Positions 35,722 through 42,860 of a stretch of 64,000 nucleotides of DNA are shown here, piece after piece. The DNA comes from a virus. Location: positions 1 through 64,000 of the IMG/VR virus record IMGVR_UViG_3300049027_000072; one strand, written 5' to 3'. Position 1 is the stretch's first letter. Every line of letters starts with the position of its first letter. The position numbers and the translations under genes were made by a program. The notes beneath the pieces are model-generated. The model was not told the origin of the DNA, ran no database searches, and saw only the letters and a program-made list of their open reading frames with translations.

Positions 35722-36507
35722 TCAGCCGAAGATGCTTTCGGGCAGCAGTTGCGGGGTTGGGGTGGCAGCAGGCGCCTTCGCGGCGGTGGCTGGGCGTGCC
35801 GTGGCAAGCTCGTCAGCGCCGCTCCATGGGGCCGGATCTGGTGCCGGCAGGCCAGCCTTGGCCCGGTGGCTCAGTGCGGCGCGGTACTCCTCGACCAGCT
35901 TGTCGAATGCAACGAGGTCGCGCTCCAGCTCGAAGATTCGGTCGTCGTTGCGCTCGATCCGGTGCAGGACGAAATCGAGCCCGATGGGCGCTAGGGCAGG
36001 GCAGTACAGGCCGAAGTTCCACGCCTTGCGGTGCGTGATCCACATCCCGCCGTCGCACTGGTCGATCACATCGGTCACGTCGCCAGAAAGCAGGATCGCG
36101 CGGAGCTTGTCCGGGGCGAGAAAGCACTTGTACTCAGCGCCCTCGTCGTCACCGATGAATCCGTCAGCGCTGGCGCCGAACTTGCCGTCGTCGGTGGTGA
36201 CGAAGCCCACCTCTTCGACCAGCACGTCGTGACGCAGCTCGTGCTGCATGCGGGCCTGTGACTCAAGCTGCACGCCGCGCTCGGCCTGCCAGCCCACCCA
36301 GTCCTCACCTTCGACCGGCGCCTTGGCGATTCGCTCTATGGCGAGGTGGAAGGCAAGCTTCTTCGCATCGTCTTTGTAGTCGCCCTTGTTCGGGCCGGTC
36401 TTGAGCTTGGCCGACTCGCGCAGCAGCTTGAACTTGCTGGCCGAGATCACGCCGGCCCTGGCCATGTGCCACTCGACGCTGCCCTGCTTCACGCGGTGGA
36501 CGATCAT
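35722..36507 (-). CDS. YqaJ/lambda-Exo-like recombination exonuclease
   Basis: N-terminal KQGSVEWHMARAGVISASKF; lies adjacent to the annealing protein gene. Confidence 0.8.
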   Translation of the reverse strand: MIVHRVKQGSVEWHMARAGVISASKFKLLRESAKLKTGPNKGDYKDDAKKLAFHLAIERIAKAPVEGEDWVGWQAERGVQLESQARMQHELRHDVLVEEVGFVTTDDGKFGASADGFIGDDEGAEYKCFLAPDKLRAILLSGDVTDVIDQCDGGMWITHRKAWNFGLYCPALAPIGLDFVLHRIERNDDRIFELERDLVAFDKLVEEYRAALSHRAKAGLPAPDPAPWSGADELATARPATAAKAPAATPTPQLLPESIFG

Positions 36508-37319
36508 TTCTGCCCCTTCAGTGCGTTGCGATGAGCCACTACAGCGCCTCTGAACTCGGTGTAGGCCGCCTCGTGCTTAAGGGCATGTAGTGCCTTGGAT
36601 CCGGTGGCCCACAGGGCCGCCGCCTGTTCATCCGTTTGGCAGCGCTTCAGGTCCGCGAGCAGGCCGTCTAGCACCTTCTCAACGACCGATCCAGGCGTGT
36701 CCGCGCCGCTTGCCCCGTTGCCGTCGTCGTCGAACTCGCCAACAGCCACGTTGAAGATCTTCTTCAGCAGGTTGCGCATGCCGTAGCTGTCGGCGGACAT
36801 GGTGGCGTGCGTCTTCGTCATCACGTCGCCGCCCTTCGCCCCCTTACCATCGGCCGGCATGTCGCAGTGGTAGGTGCGGGTGAACCCGCCGCAGGAGACG
36901 TAGGCCAGGACGCGCACATGACCTTCGGGGGCGCCCTCGCCCGTGTTGAAGCTGATCGAGAATCCGTGCCGCGTGTAGATCGGGCGCAATATGCCGTCGA
37001 GCTTTGCGTAGGTCGCGTAGCGGCTACGGGTCTGGTTATTCGTGGCGTCAGCGGAGATTGGCGCCATTTCCGCCTGGGCGAGGTTCATCTTGGCGTTGAA
37101 CACCTCCTCGGCGGCACGGCTGCTCAGCTTCTCGTGCATTAACCACAGGCGCTCCATCTTTTCGATGTCGACCCTTGGGTCACTGGCTGCGGAGGCGATT
37201 ACGTGAATGAGGCTTTGGGCCTCGGTCGCTCGGAGCGCAGGAACAGACGCTTGCTGGTGCTGCTCCACTGCTGACACAGCAGTGAGCGCTGTATCCATGC
37301 CGATGGTCTCGACGGTCAT
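36504..37319 (-). CDS. Single-strand annealing protein, ERF/Rad52-like
   Basis: RSRYATYAKLDGILRPIYTRHGFSISF...SADSYGMRNLLKKIFNVAVGEFDDDGN parallels P22 Erf motifs. ATGA overlap with the exonuclease gene. Confidence 0.55.
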   Translation of the reverse strand: MTVETIGMDTALTAVSAVEQHQQASVPALRATEAQSLIHVIASAASDPRVDIEKMERLWLMHEKLSSRAAEEVFNAKMNLAQAEMAPISADATNNQTRSRYATYAKLDGILRPIYTRHGFSISFNTGEGAPEGHVRVLAYVSCGGFTRTYHCDMPADGKGAKGGDVMTKTHATMSADSYGMRNLLKKIFNVAVGEFDDDGNGASGADTPGSVVEKVLDGLLADLKRCQTDEQAAALWATGSKALHALKHEAAYTEFRGAVVAHRNALKGQK

Positions 37320-37341
37320 TTCCTTCCCTTCCTTCGGGTGT

Positions 37342-37407
37342 TCAAATCAGCACTAGCACTGCGGCACAAGCCGTAGCTACAACCACAACAGCGACACACA
37401 GCTTCAT
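37342..37407 (-). CDS. 21-aa hydrophobic micro-ORF (MKLCVAVVVVATACAAVLVLI)
   Basis: ATG overlaps the upstream TGA (ATGA); not in the track; speculative. Confidence 0.25.
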   Translation of the reverse strand: MKLCVAVVVVATACAAVLVLI

Positions 37408-37625
37408 GTGACCTCGCGCTCCAGGCGACGCCGCAGCGCGTCGATGTGCTGGCGGCATAGGTCGATCTGGTCCGGCAAGTGCGCCACGGCGTGCTCAAGT
37501 TCGGCGACGTGCTGCGCGAGGTCTTCCTCGGCGCACCTGATGCGCCACCGTAGGTAGGCTTCCCGCGCCAGTGCCTTGAGCCGGCTCACAAGAGGGCGAC
37601 GCGTAGGAATGACCACGGCACTCAC
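37404..37625 (-). CDS. Small coiled-coil protein
   Basis: GTG at 37625 overlaps the upstream stop; 73 aa. Confidence 0.45.
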   Translation of the reverse strand: MSAVVIPTRRPLVSRLKALAREAYLRWRIRCAEEDLAQHVAELEHAVAHLPDQIDLCRQHIDALRRRLEREVT

Positions 37626-37813
37626 AGCACGTCCAGCCCGTGAGCGAGCGCAGCTGCAAAGCCGAGCCCCATGCCCACAGCAATCAGGCAGGACAGCACG
37701 CGGTTCCCCCGGCTTTGCGCAGCCGGCCACGTCACGTCGCCCATGAGCCATGCGCACAGCCATAGAGCTGACATGCACACGAAGTCGACGACGAATTGAT
37801 GTGCTCTTCTCAT
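37622..37813 (-). CDS. Small membrane protein (2 TM)
   Basis: ATG at 37813 after GAGAAAGG; 63 aa. Confidence 0.45.
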   Translation of the reverse strand: MRRAHQFVVDFVCMSALWLCAWLMGDVTWPAAQSRGNRVLSCLIAVGMGLGFAAALAHGLDVL

Positions 37814-37826
37814 GGCATTACCTTTC

Positions 37827-38243
37827 TCAAAGGTCGTGTTCGATCGCCAGATGAACCCCGGCAGCTCCGCCCTTTGGCTTCGGCAGGAGCGCGAGTCGCA
37901 TGGCGGTTCGCTGCGTAATCGGGACGCGAGCACTGGCAACCAGCAGCGGCGCGATGCGCGCAGATTGGTAGCCCACGACTGCGCCAGACGTCACCGCGAA
38001 ATGGCGGGACTCGGTCTCCCATGTCCATGCCACGTAAGCGCTCGGGTCGCCGTCGCTGTTGCGGTAGGCTCCCAGCGTCAAACCAGACGCGCTGCGCAGG
38101 TACAGACCCGGGGTAGCGGTCTCAAACTGACCGCTGCGTGAGCCGAAGTGGGCTGTCGCGACGTGCAGCCCGACGGTTGAGGCCGACGCACTGGAAGCGA
38201 AGAGAGCCAGTGCGACAGCACAGAAGGCGGTGGAGCGCTTCAT
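37827..38243 (-). CDS. Secreted, small beta-rich (outer-membrane-like) protein
   Basis: Signal peptide MKRSTAFCAVALALFASSASA followed by alternating-polarity strands; 138 aa. Confidence 0.55.
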   Translation of the reverse strand: MKRSTAFCAVALALFASSASASTVGLHVATAHFGSRSGQFETATPGLYLRSASGLTLGAYRNSDGDPSAYVAWTWETESRHFAVTSGAVVGYQSARIAPLLVASARVPITQRTAMRLALLPKPKGGAAGVHLAIEHDL

Positions 38244-38422
38244 GCGGCCTCCAACAGCATGGTTTCGTCCACAGCCTCAAGCTCGTCAGCGGTGAGCGCG
38301 ACAGGCGCTGCGGGCATCAGTGATTCGTTGACCGCAGGCGGGCGCTGCGGGACGAGCGGCGGGATGGCGTCCATGCGGCGAACCTGCATGAGGTGCCGGC
38401 CAAGGAAGCTGTCGGCGTTCAT
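38240..38422 (-). CDS. Hypothetical protein
   Basis: 60 aa with an ATGA overlap. Confidence 0.4.
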   Translation of the reverse strand: MNADSFLGRHLMQVRRMDAIPPLVPQRPPAVNESLMPAAPVALTADELEAVDETMLLEAA

Positions 38423-38802
38423 GCCGCTTCCCCTACAGCCATCATTCGCGCCAAGTCGTCGCAGTGGAACTTGGCGTGACGGTTGGCGATCGTGGCGATG
38501 AACGCCGATGCGCGAAGGTTCCCGGACGTCGCCTGCTCCGCAATGATGCGGATGGCTTCCGTCAACAGATCTGGCTTGCTGGAGAAATCCGCACCAACGA
38601 CTTCTGCGGCAGTGACAACACGGTCCAGCCGTGGGGCCGCAACAATCCGCTCAGGGTCTTCGTGGAGCGCGCGAACCATCTCGCGGCGCAGCGAGTCGTA
38701 GGCCTCGCCCACAGTGCCGCGACGGTCTACCGGTGCCGCGGCATGTACATCTCTCTCAAGGCTGACCGCCAATCGCTGAAGCGTTCCCATCTGCCTCTCC
38801 AC
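38419..38802 (-). CDS. First gene of the early-left operon, hypothetical
   Basis: 127 aa with the SD GGAGAGG upstream; lies downstream of the predicted PL-like promoter. Confidence 0.55.
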   Translation of the reverse strand: MERQMGTLQRLAVSLERDVHAAAPVDRRGTVGEAYDSLRREMVRALHEDPERIVAAPRLDRVVTAAEVVGADFSSKPDLLTEAIRIIAEQATSGNLRASAFIATIANRHAKFHCDDLARMMAVGEAA

Positions 38803-38832
38803 TCACGCCGTGCTGGTGACGTGTTGGATCGA

Positions 38833-38876
38833 AGTATCGGCATACCGATGGCAAATGTCAACGGTTTACCGATATT
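38833..38876 (-). promoter_or_regulatory. PL-like early-left promoter with overlapping operator motifs
   Basis: On the minus strand: -35 TTGACA (38861-38856), 17-bp spacer, -10 GATACT (38838-38833). Operator motifs are TATCGG-N4-CCGAT (38835-38849) and GGTTTACCGATA (38863-38874). Confidence 0.55.
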
Positions 38877-39053
38877 GGCGTGCGCGCATCCCTAGAACGA
38901 AGAACGCCACGCTGTGGCTTTCCACTCGGGCATTACGGCGTCGTAATACCGGGGGTGTTGTCTACACTCGCCCCGTTCCCGGCGAGAGCCGGCTTGAATC
39001 TGCGGCTCGAAAGACGCTGCAGCCGCCCGGATGACTCACCGGGCGTAAGACGC

Positions 39054-39081
39054 AAAAAAGCCCGCGCAGTGGCGGGCTTTG
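39054..39081 (-). terminator. Intrinsic terminator ending the cI-moron operon
   Basis: AGCCCGC-N6-GCGGGCT hairpin. The minus-strand reading is followed by TTTTTTGCG. Confidence 0.7.
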
Positions 39082-39100
39082 TGGTGGCGTGGCGCCAAGT

Positions 39101-39301
39101 TCACTTGGGGCGCAGGCGCCTCACCTCATCCTCTATCTCTTGCAGGTCTTCCTGCGGGCACAGGCGATCCCTGCCGATCATCGGGACGGTTATGTGCATG
39201 CCCCAGGCGGTGATCCAAATCTGGTGGTAATCGTCCATGTCGGCGCCCCAGTAGCATCCGAGAGCGCGAAGCCTGCGCTCCACTTCGTCAGGATGCACCA
39301 C
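39101..39301 (-). CDS. HicA-like toxin candidate
   Basis: 66 aa. VERRLRALGCYWGADMDDYHQIW...HITVPM...L.PQEDLQEI parallels E. coli HicA (FRRWLESQG...NHLKL...SVMPRH...LRKAILKQ). Confidence 0.45.
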   Translation of the reverse strand: MVHPDEVERRLRALGCYWGADMDDYHQIWITAWGMHITVPMIGRDRLCPQEDLQEIEDEVRRLRPK

Positions 39302-39304
39302 CGG

Positions 39305-39565
39305 TCAATGGGCCGGCTGAACTACGACGCGGTCGAAAGACGGTGCGACGGTCGGGAAGGAGTCGATGCTAGACGCCACCGGTCGCACTTCCACATCGAT
39401 ATGTCTGTTCCGCCTGAACAGCTCTTTGACGGCCAGCACGGCGCTAGAGAGCGCTGACTCAGTGCTCTCGCCGCAAACGTGCAACCCAGGGAGGTCTGGG
39501 CTGACGATCGAGAAGTAGCCTTCTCGACTGCGGATCTTCAGCTGGATGACGCAAGCACTTGTCAT
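39305..39565 (-). CDS. HicB-like / DUF1902-like antitoxin candidate
   Basis: ATG at 39565 after GGGGGAG. The FSIVSPDLPGLHVCGESTESALSSAVLAVKELF segment is typical of the HicB N-terminal fold. Confidence 0.5.
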   Translation of the reverse strand: MTSACVIQLKIRSREGYFSIVSPDLPGLHVCGESTESALSSAVLAVKELFRRNRHIDVEVRPVASSIDSFPTVAPSFDRVVVQPAH

Positions 39566-39698
39566 GGTTTTCTCCCCCGCTCGTGGCACGACTCACGCAG
39601 TAACAATGTCGTTACTAGACGGACGTAGCTGCATTGTGGAGAAAGTCAGGCAACCACGCCCACTGCGGGGTTAGGGGCTTGCAACCAGCGGTGATACG

Positions 39699-39908
39699 TC
39701 ACGGGCATTTCGCGCGCTTGCGCTTGCACGGCTTGGGCATCTTCCCCGCCACATCGACGCACTCCGGCGCACCCTCGAAGGCGCGCACCAACGTTGCCAG
39801 GTCAAGCCTGTTCGGCGACGAAAGGTAGACCAGCCGGGCCTGAGCAAGCGTCAGGATGACGGTCGGCTGGTGCTCGCGATTCAGCACTTGAGATGGCGCG
39901 TGGCTCAT
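39699..39908 (-). CDS. Hypothetical small basic-tailed protein
   Basis: 69 aa with the C-terminal KMPKPCKRKRAKCP; ATGA-coupled to the upstream micro-gene. Confidence 0.4.
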   Translation of the reverse strand: MSHAPSQVLNREHQPTVILTLAQARLVYLSSPNRLDLATLVRAFEGAPECVDVAGKMPKPCKRKRAKCP

Positions 39909-40066
39909 GCTTTTGCGCGCAGGATCGCTTCGATCCGGTCGATGTGCGAATCAAGCTCTTCTGCCAAGCGAAGCGCCTCTGTCAGAACTGCCGAGAACTC
40001 CGCGCGAGTGGTTGGCCTGACGAAGGCGTAGATGTTGAACGGAAGCTCGTCCATGCGGACCATCAT
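39905..40066 (-). CDS. Hypothetical 53-aa protein (not in the ORF track)
   Basis: MMVRMDELPFNIYAFVRPTTRAEFSAVLTEALRLAEELDSHIDRIEAILRAKA. It starts just after the terminator and its stop overlaps the next ATG. Confidence 0.4.
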   Translation of the reverse strand: MMVRMDELPFNIYAFVRPTTRAEFSAVLTEALRLAEELDSHIDRIEAILRAKA

Positions 40067-40073
40067 AGACGTG

Positions 40074-40100
40074 AAAACGCCCGCTCAGTGGCGGGCTTTT
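40074..40100. terminator. Bidirectional intrinsic terminator
   Basis: AAAAC-GCCCGC-tcagtg-GCGGGC-TTTT. Confidence 0.65.
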
Positions 40101-40121
40101 GGGGTGAGGGCGGGTGTGGAA

Positions 40122-41030
40122 CTACACGCCAGGGAGGTTGATCTGCCGAGCTACGGTCCGGTGGTCAATGACGTGCACAACTTCGTACTCCGTTCGCGCT
40201 CCGGCCTTGGTCTGCCACTGCCGCACCCGCACATTGCAGATGAGCACGTCGCCCTTTGCGAAGTTCACGAGGTTGTTGTCTACGCGGCGTAGGAAGTCCT
40301 CGTCCGTGATCGACGCGTGAATTGTGGCTGCCCCGTCGAAGAGCCGCCACTTGTTGTCTTCCTTGAACGTCAGCGAGACGATGGAAAACACCATCTTGCG
40401 GGTGTCATCGAGCAGGAGTTCGTCTTGTGCCGTGGGAGGCGTGAACCAAGGGGTCTGCTCGCTTGTGATCTTCTCGCATATCCGGTCATCCGACCCCGCT
40501 GCGAAGGTGTCGATTCCATCCTTCGAGAGAGGCTCAAGCATGCGCGCAGCTGCATCGCGAACTGCCACATCCCGCAGCAGCGTCAGCACCTGAAGCTCGA
40601 TCTCCAGCTGATCCTCGTCGACGAAGATGATGGCCGTCTTGTCGCTAACAGACACCTTCTTGATTTCGCGCCCGCGTAGCCACTTGATCGCCTGCAGCAA
40701 CCCTTTGTGGCCCCTTTCGCAGACCAATCCGAGCGCAGCGATGATGCCGGCCGCGTTCGCCAAAGCGGTTGCGGTATCGCCAGCGAAAATGTCCCTGACT
40801 CGCGACAAGAAGTCTGTGGCGACGTTGAAGTCGATCCCGAAGCTACCGGTCTTAAACGTCCCCTTGACGTTGACCTGCGGTTTCACACGCCCACCACATA
40901 GCGCCTGCGTGGCGGCGTCGAGCATGTCGCCGACGGCCAGCAGTGCTGGCGCCAGCTCGCGCACATCCATTTCTGAACGCGCGAGCGCGGGGCCGTCGTA
41001 TGTGATGCGAAACGTGGTCACGTCTTCCAT
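40122..41030 (-). CDS. Unknown 302-aa protein in the immunity region (candidate superinfection-exclusion/abortive-infection factor)
   Basis: ATG at 41030 shares TAATG with the upstream HNH frame. No motif was recognised. The local GC is lower than the phage average. Confidence 0.6.
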   Translation of the reverse strand: MEDVTTFRITYDGPALARSEMDVRELAPALLAVGDMLDAATQALCGGRVKPQVNVKGTFKTGSFGIDFNVATDFLSRVRDIFAGDTATALANAAGIIAALGLVCERGHKGLLQAIKWLRGREIKKVSVSDKTAIIFVDEDQLEIELQVLTLLRDVAVRDAAARMLEPLSKDGIDTFAAGSDDRICEKITSEQTPWFTPPTAQDELLLDDTRKMVFSIVSLTFKEDNKWRLFDGAATIHASITDEDFLRRVDNNLVNFAKGDVLICNVRVRQWQTKAGARTEYEVVHVIDHRTVARQINLPGV

Positions 41031-41295
41031 TATCGTTCTCCTCCCTGGTTTGCAGTTGTGTGCATTCTGGCTCGGCACAGCTTCACTTCAACCGTCGTCT
41101 TCTCCCGGTGCTCGGCCACGGTCAGCCACTGCAGGTTCTGCAGATCATCCTTGCCCCCGCAGATGAGTGTCTCCCGGTGATCGACCTCGCACCCTGCGCG
41201 GGCTTCGCAGCAAGGTGCCGCTACGGCCTCAGATCCTTCACGTACGCCTTGAACTTGGCGGCTTGTTCGAGTTCATCCGTGGAGCACCCGAACAT
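41030..41295 (-). pseudogene. Small HNH endonuclease, frameshifted (or requiring a -1 shift)
   Basis: ATG 41295 opens a 24-codon frame (MFGCSTDELEQAAKFKAYVKDLRP*). The -1 frame (41272-41030) reads ...CCEARAGCEVDHRETLICGGKDDLQNLQWLTVAEHREKT... but has no start codon. Confidence 0.55.
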
Positions 41296-41317
41296 GTCGG
41301 TAGGCCACTACCGCATC

Positions 41318-41983
41318 CTAGTCTTGGATGGATTCAAGGCGGCCGTTCCGAAAGTACAGGTAGCGACCTGTGCCATAGACCCACTGCTCGTGCGTCCCCC
41401 AGCTGTAAGTGGTTCGATTCACTGAATCAGGTTTTCCCCAGATGCTAGCCAGCACCTCTTCGCGAGACATACCAATCAGGGCCGGTTTTGAACGAGCGAC
41501 AGCCGCCGCAGCCGCTGTATCCCGATCTCGAACTACCTTCATTGCTTTGTCAATCTCGACGCGCAAATGGCCAAGCTTCGACGCCCTTGCATGCTCTGGA
41601 TAGTCTCGCTCTATCGCCGTCATGGCAATCTCGCGCGCTTCCGGAAGAGCCGTTCGATCACGTGCGATGGCCAACCTATCCTCAAACTCCGCCGCGGCCA
41701 GCTTCCCCTTTAGGACGGTATCGTCCAGAACCGTTGCGCACTCTCGTATGGTGGCACTTGCTCGTCCAAACTCTCGTGCTCGCATGAGCTTGTCGTAATC
41801 GGCGATCTGCCCGGAGACGCTCGCTGAGCACGCGGCACGCCGCGCGGAATGCTCCTCCGCCGCAGCTTTTTCCTGTAACGCACGGTTTGCGGCGTCGGCA
41901 TGGCGCTCCGTCTCTCGGCTCAAGAACCAGATGCCGCCAATCGAAGCTATGAGGACAGCCAAGGCAGCTCGTATACCAATCAA
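41318..41983 (-). CDS. Membrane-anchored protein with a BamE/SmpA-like C-terminal domain
   Basis: N-terminal TM segment IGIRAALAVLIASIGGIWFL. C-terminal GMSREEVLASIWGKPDSVNRTTYSWGTHEQWVYGTGRYLYFRNGRLESIQ. Confidence 0.6.
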   Translation of the reverse strand: MIGIRAALAVLIASIGGIWFLSRETERHADAANRALQEKAAAEEHSARRAACSASVSGQIADYDKLMRAREFGRASATIRECATVLDDTVLKGKLAAAEFEDRLAIARDRTALPEAREIAMTAIERDYPEHARASKLGHLRVEIDKAMKVVRDRDTAAAAAVARSKPALIGMSREEVLASIWGKPDSVNRTTYSWGTHEQWVYGTGRYLYFRNGRLESIQD

Positions 41984-42022
41984 TGCGTTCTCCCTGTTGC
42001 TGCCAGTCCTCGTGATTCGTGC

Positions 42023-42262
42023 TCACTGCCCCTGGATCCTCTCGCGGAGCTGTTGATCCAGCATCTGGACGCACCCCAGCGTGAAGGTCGGGCTGCGATC
42101 AGCCTCACCGCACAAGTGCACCTCGTACTGGCGTTGTGAGTAGATCGCGATGTAGGCCAAGCCAAGCAGCTTCTTTGACTTGGCCCCGGCATGCAGTTCT
42201 GCGGTGCACCTTTCGGTATCAGTCGAGCCGCAGGACTGGATGAGCTTGAATGGCGTCCTCAC
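42023..42262 (-). CDS. Hypothetical protein translationally coupled to the repressor gene
   Basis: 79 aa; its ATG overlaps the cI-like stop (ATGA). Confidence 0.5.
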   Translation of the reverse strand: MRTPFKLIQSCGSTDTERCTAELHAGAKSKKLLGLAYIAIYSQRQYEVHLCGEADRSPTFTLGCVQMLDQQLRERIQGQ

Positions 42263-42852
42263 TTCTTCCCCCCTCGACCTGTTCCGGCGCCAGGTGGACG
42301 TTCCGGGTTCAGGAACTTCTCTGTCGTGCGCGGCTTTGGTGCCGGCGTCAGGCGCGGCTTTGCACCCAGGAACTGCTCGCGTGCTGGCCCAGCGACGGGC
42401 TCTGCGGGAACGATTTCGCGCTCGCGCCTCATGACCTCTTCGTAGTTGGCCCGTACCTTGGCAGCGCGGGCGCGGATCGTTGTTAGCTCCTCGTCAGTCA
42501 TGACGAGTTTCACGTCATGCAGGATCCCCCATTCGCTGTCGGTGACGACCTTGGCGTTGAAGTCGGCTACTGGTGGCGGAGCCTCGCCTTGTCTGCGCGG
42601 CGGCGCAACAACGAGCTCACCCCATCCGGGGAGCCCCTCGCCAGTGGCAAGCCAGTGCGCATCGCACCCATAGAGCTGGGCGAACTCCACGGTGCGACCG
42701 CTGCTGTGCGCGGTTGCCTCCAGCTCAGACAGCGTCCCCTGGGAGATGCCGAGCTTGTCCCTCACCTGTATCTGGGTCAGCTTGGCGTGCTGACGAGCTT
42801 TGAGCATCCGCTGCCCGAAGGGTGAACGTTCACGATCTGCACGCGTGGCCAT
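42259..42852 (-). CDS. CI-like repressor (XRE-family HTH), without a recognisable S24 peptidase domain
   Basis: ATG at 42852. HTH is FGQRMLKARQHAKLTQIQVRDKLGISQGTLSELE. It is divergent from the cro-like gene across the operator region. The C-terminal half is charged/coiled with no Ser-Lys dyad motif. Confidence 0.75.
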   Translation of the reverse strand: MATRADRERSPFGQRMLKARQHAKLTQIQVRDKLGISQGTLSELEATAHSSGRTVEFAQLYGCDAHWLATGEGLPGWGELVVAPPRRQGEAPPPVADFNAKVVTDSEWGILHDVKLVMTDEELTTIRARAAKVRANYEEVMRREREIVPAEPVAGPAREQFLGAKPRLTPAPKPRTTEKFLNPERPPGAGTGRGGKK

Positions 42853-42860
42853 AGCTATCA

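Noticed and set aside
38880-39056. + strand ORFs 38810-39034 and 38880-39230, and the possibility of a small RNA between the PL-like promoter and the terminator at 39054-81.
   Set aside because: The ORFs have an implausible composition. The terminator's strong T-run is on the minus strand, so it ends the cI-moron operon. No + strand promoter was identified. Local hairpins (38990-39040) remain unexplained.
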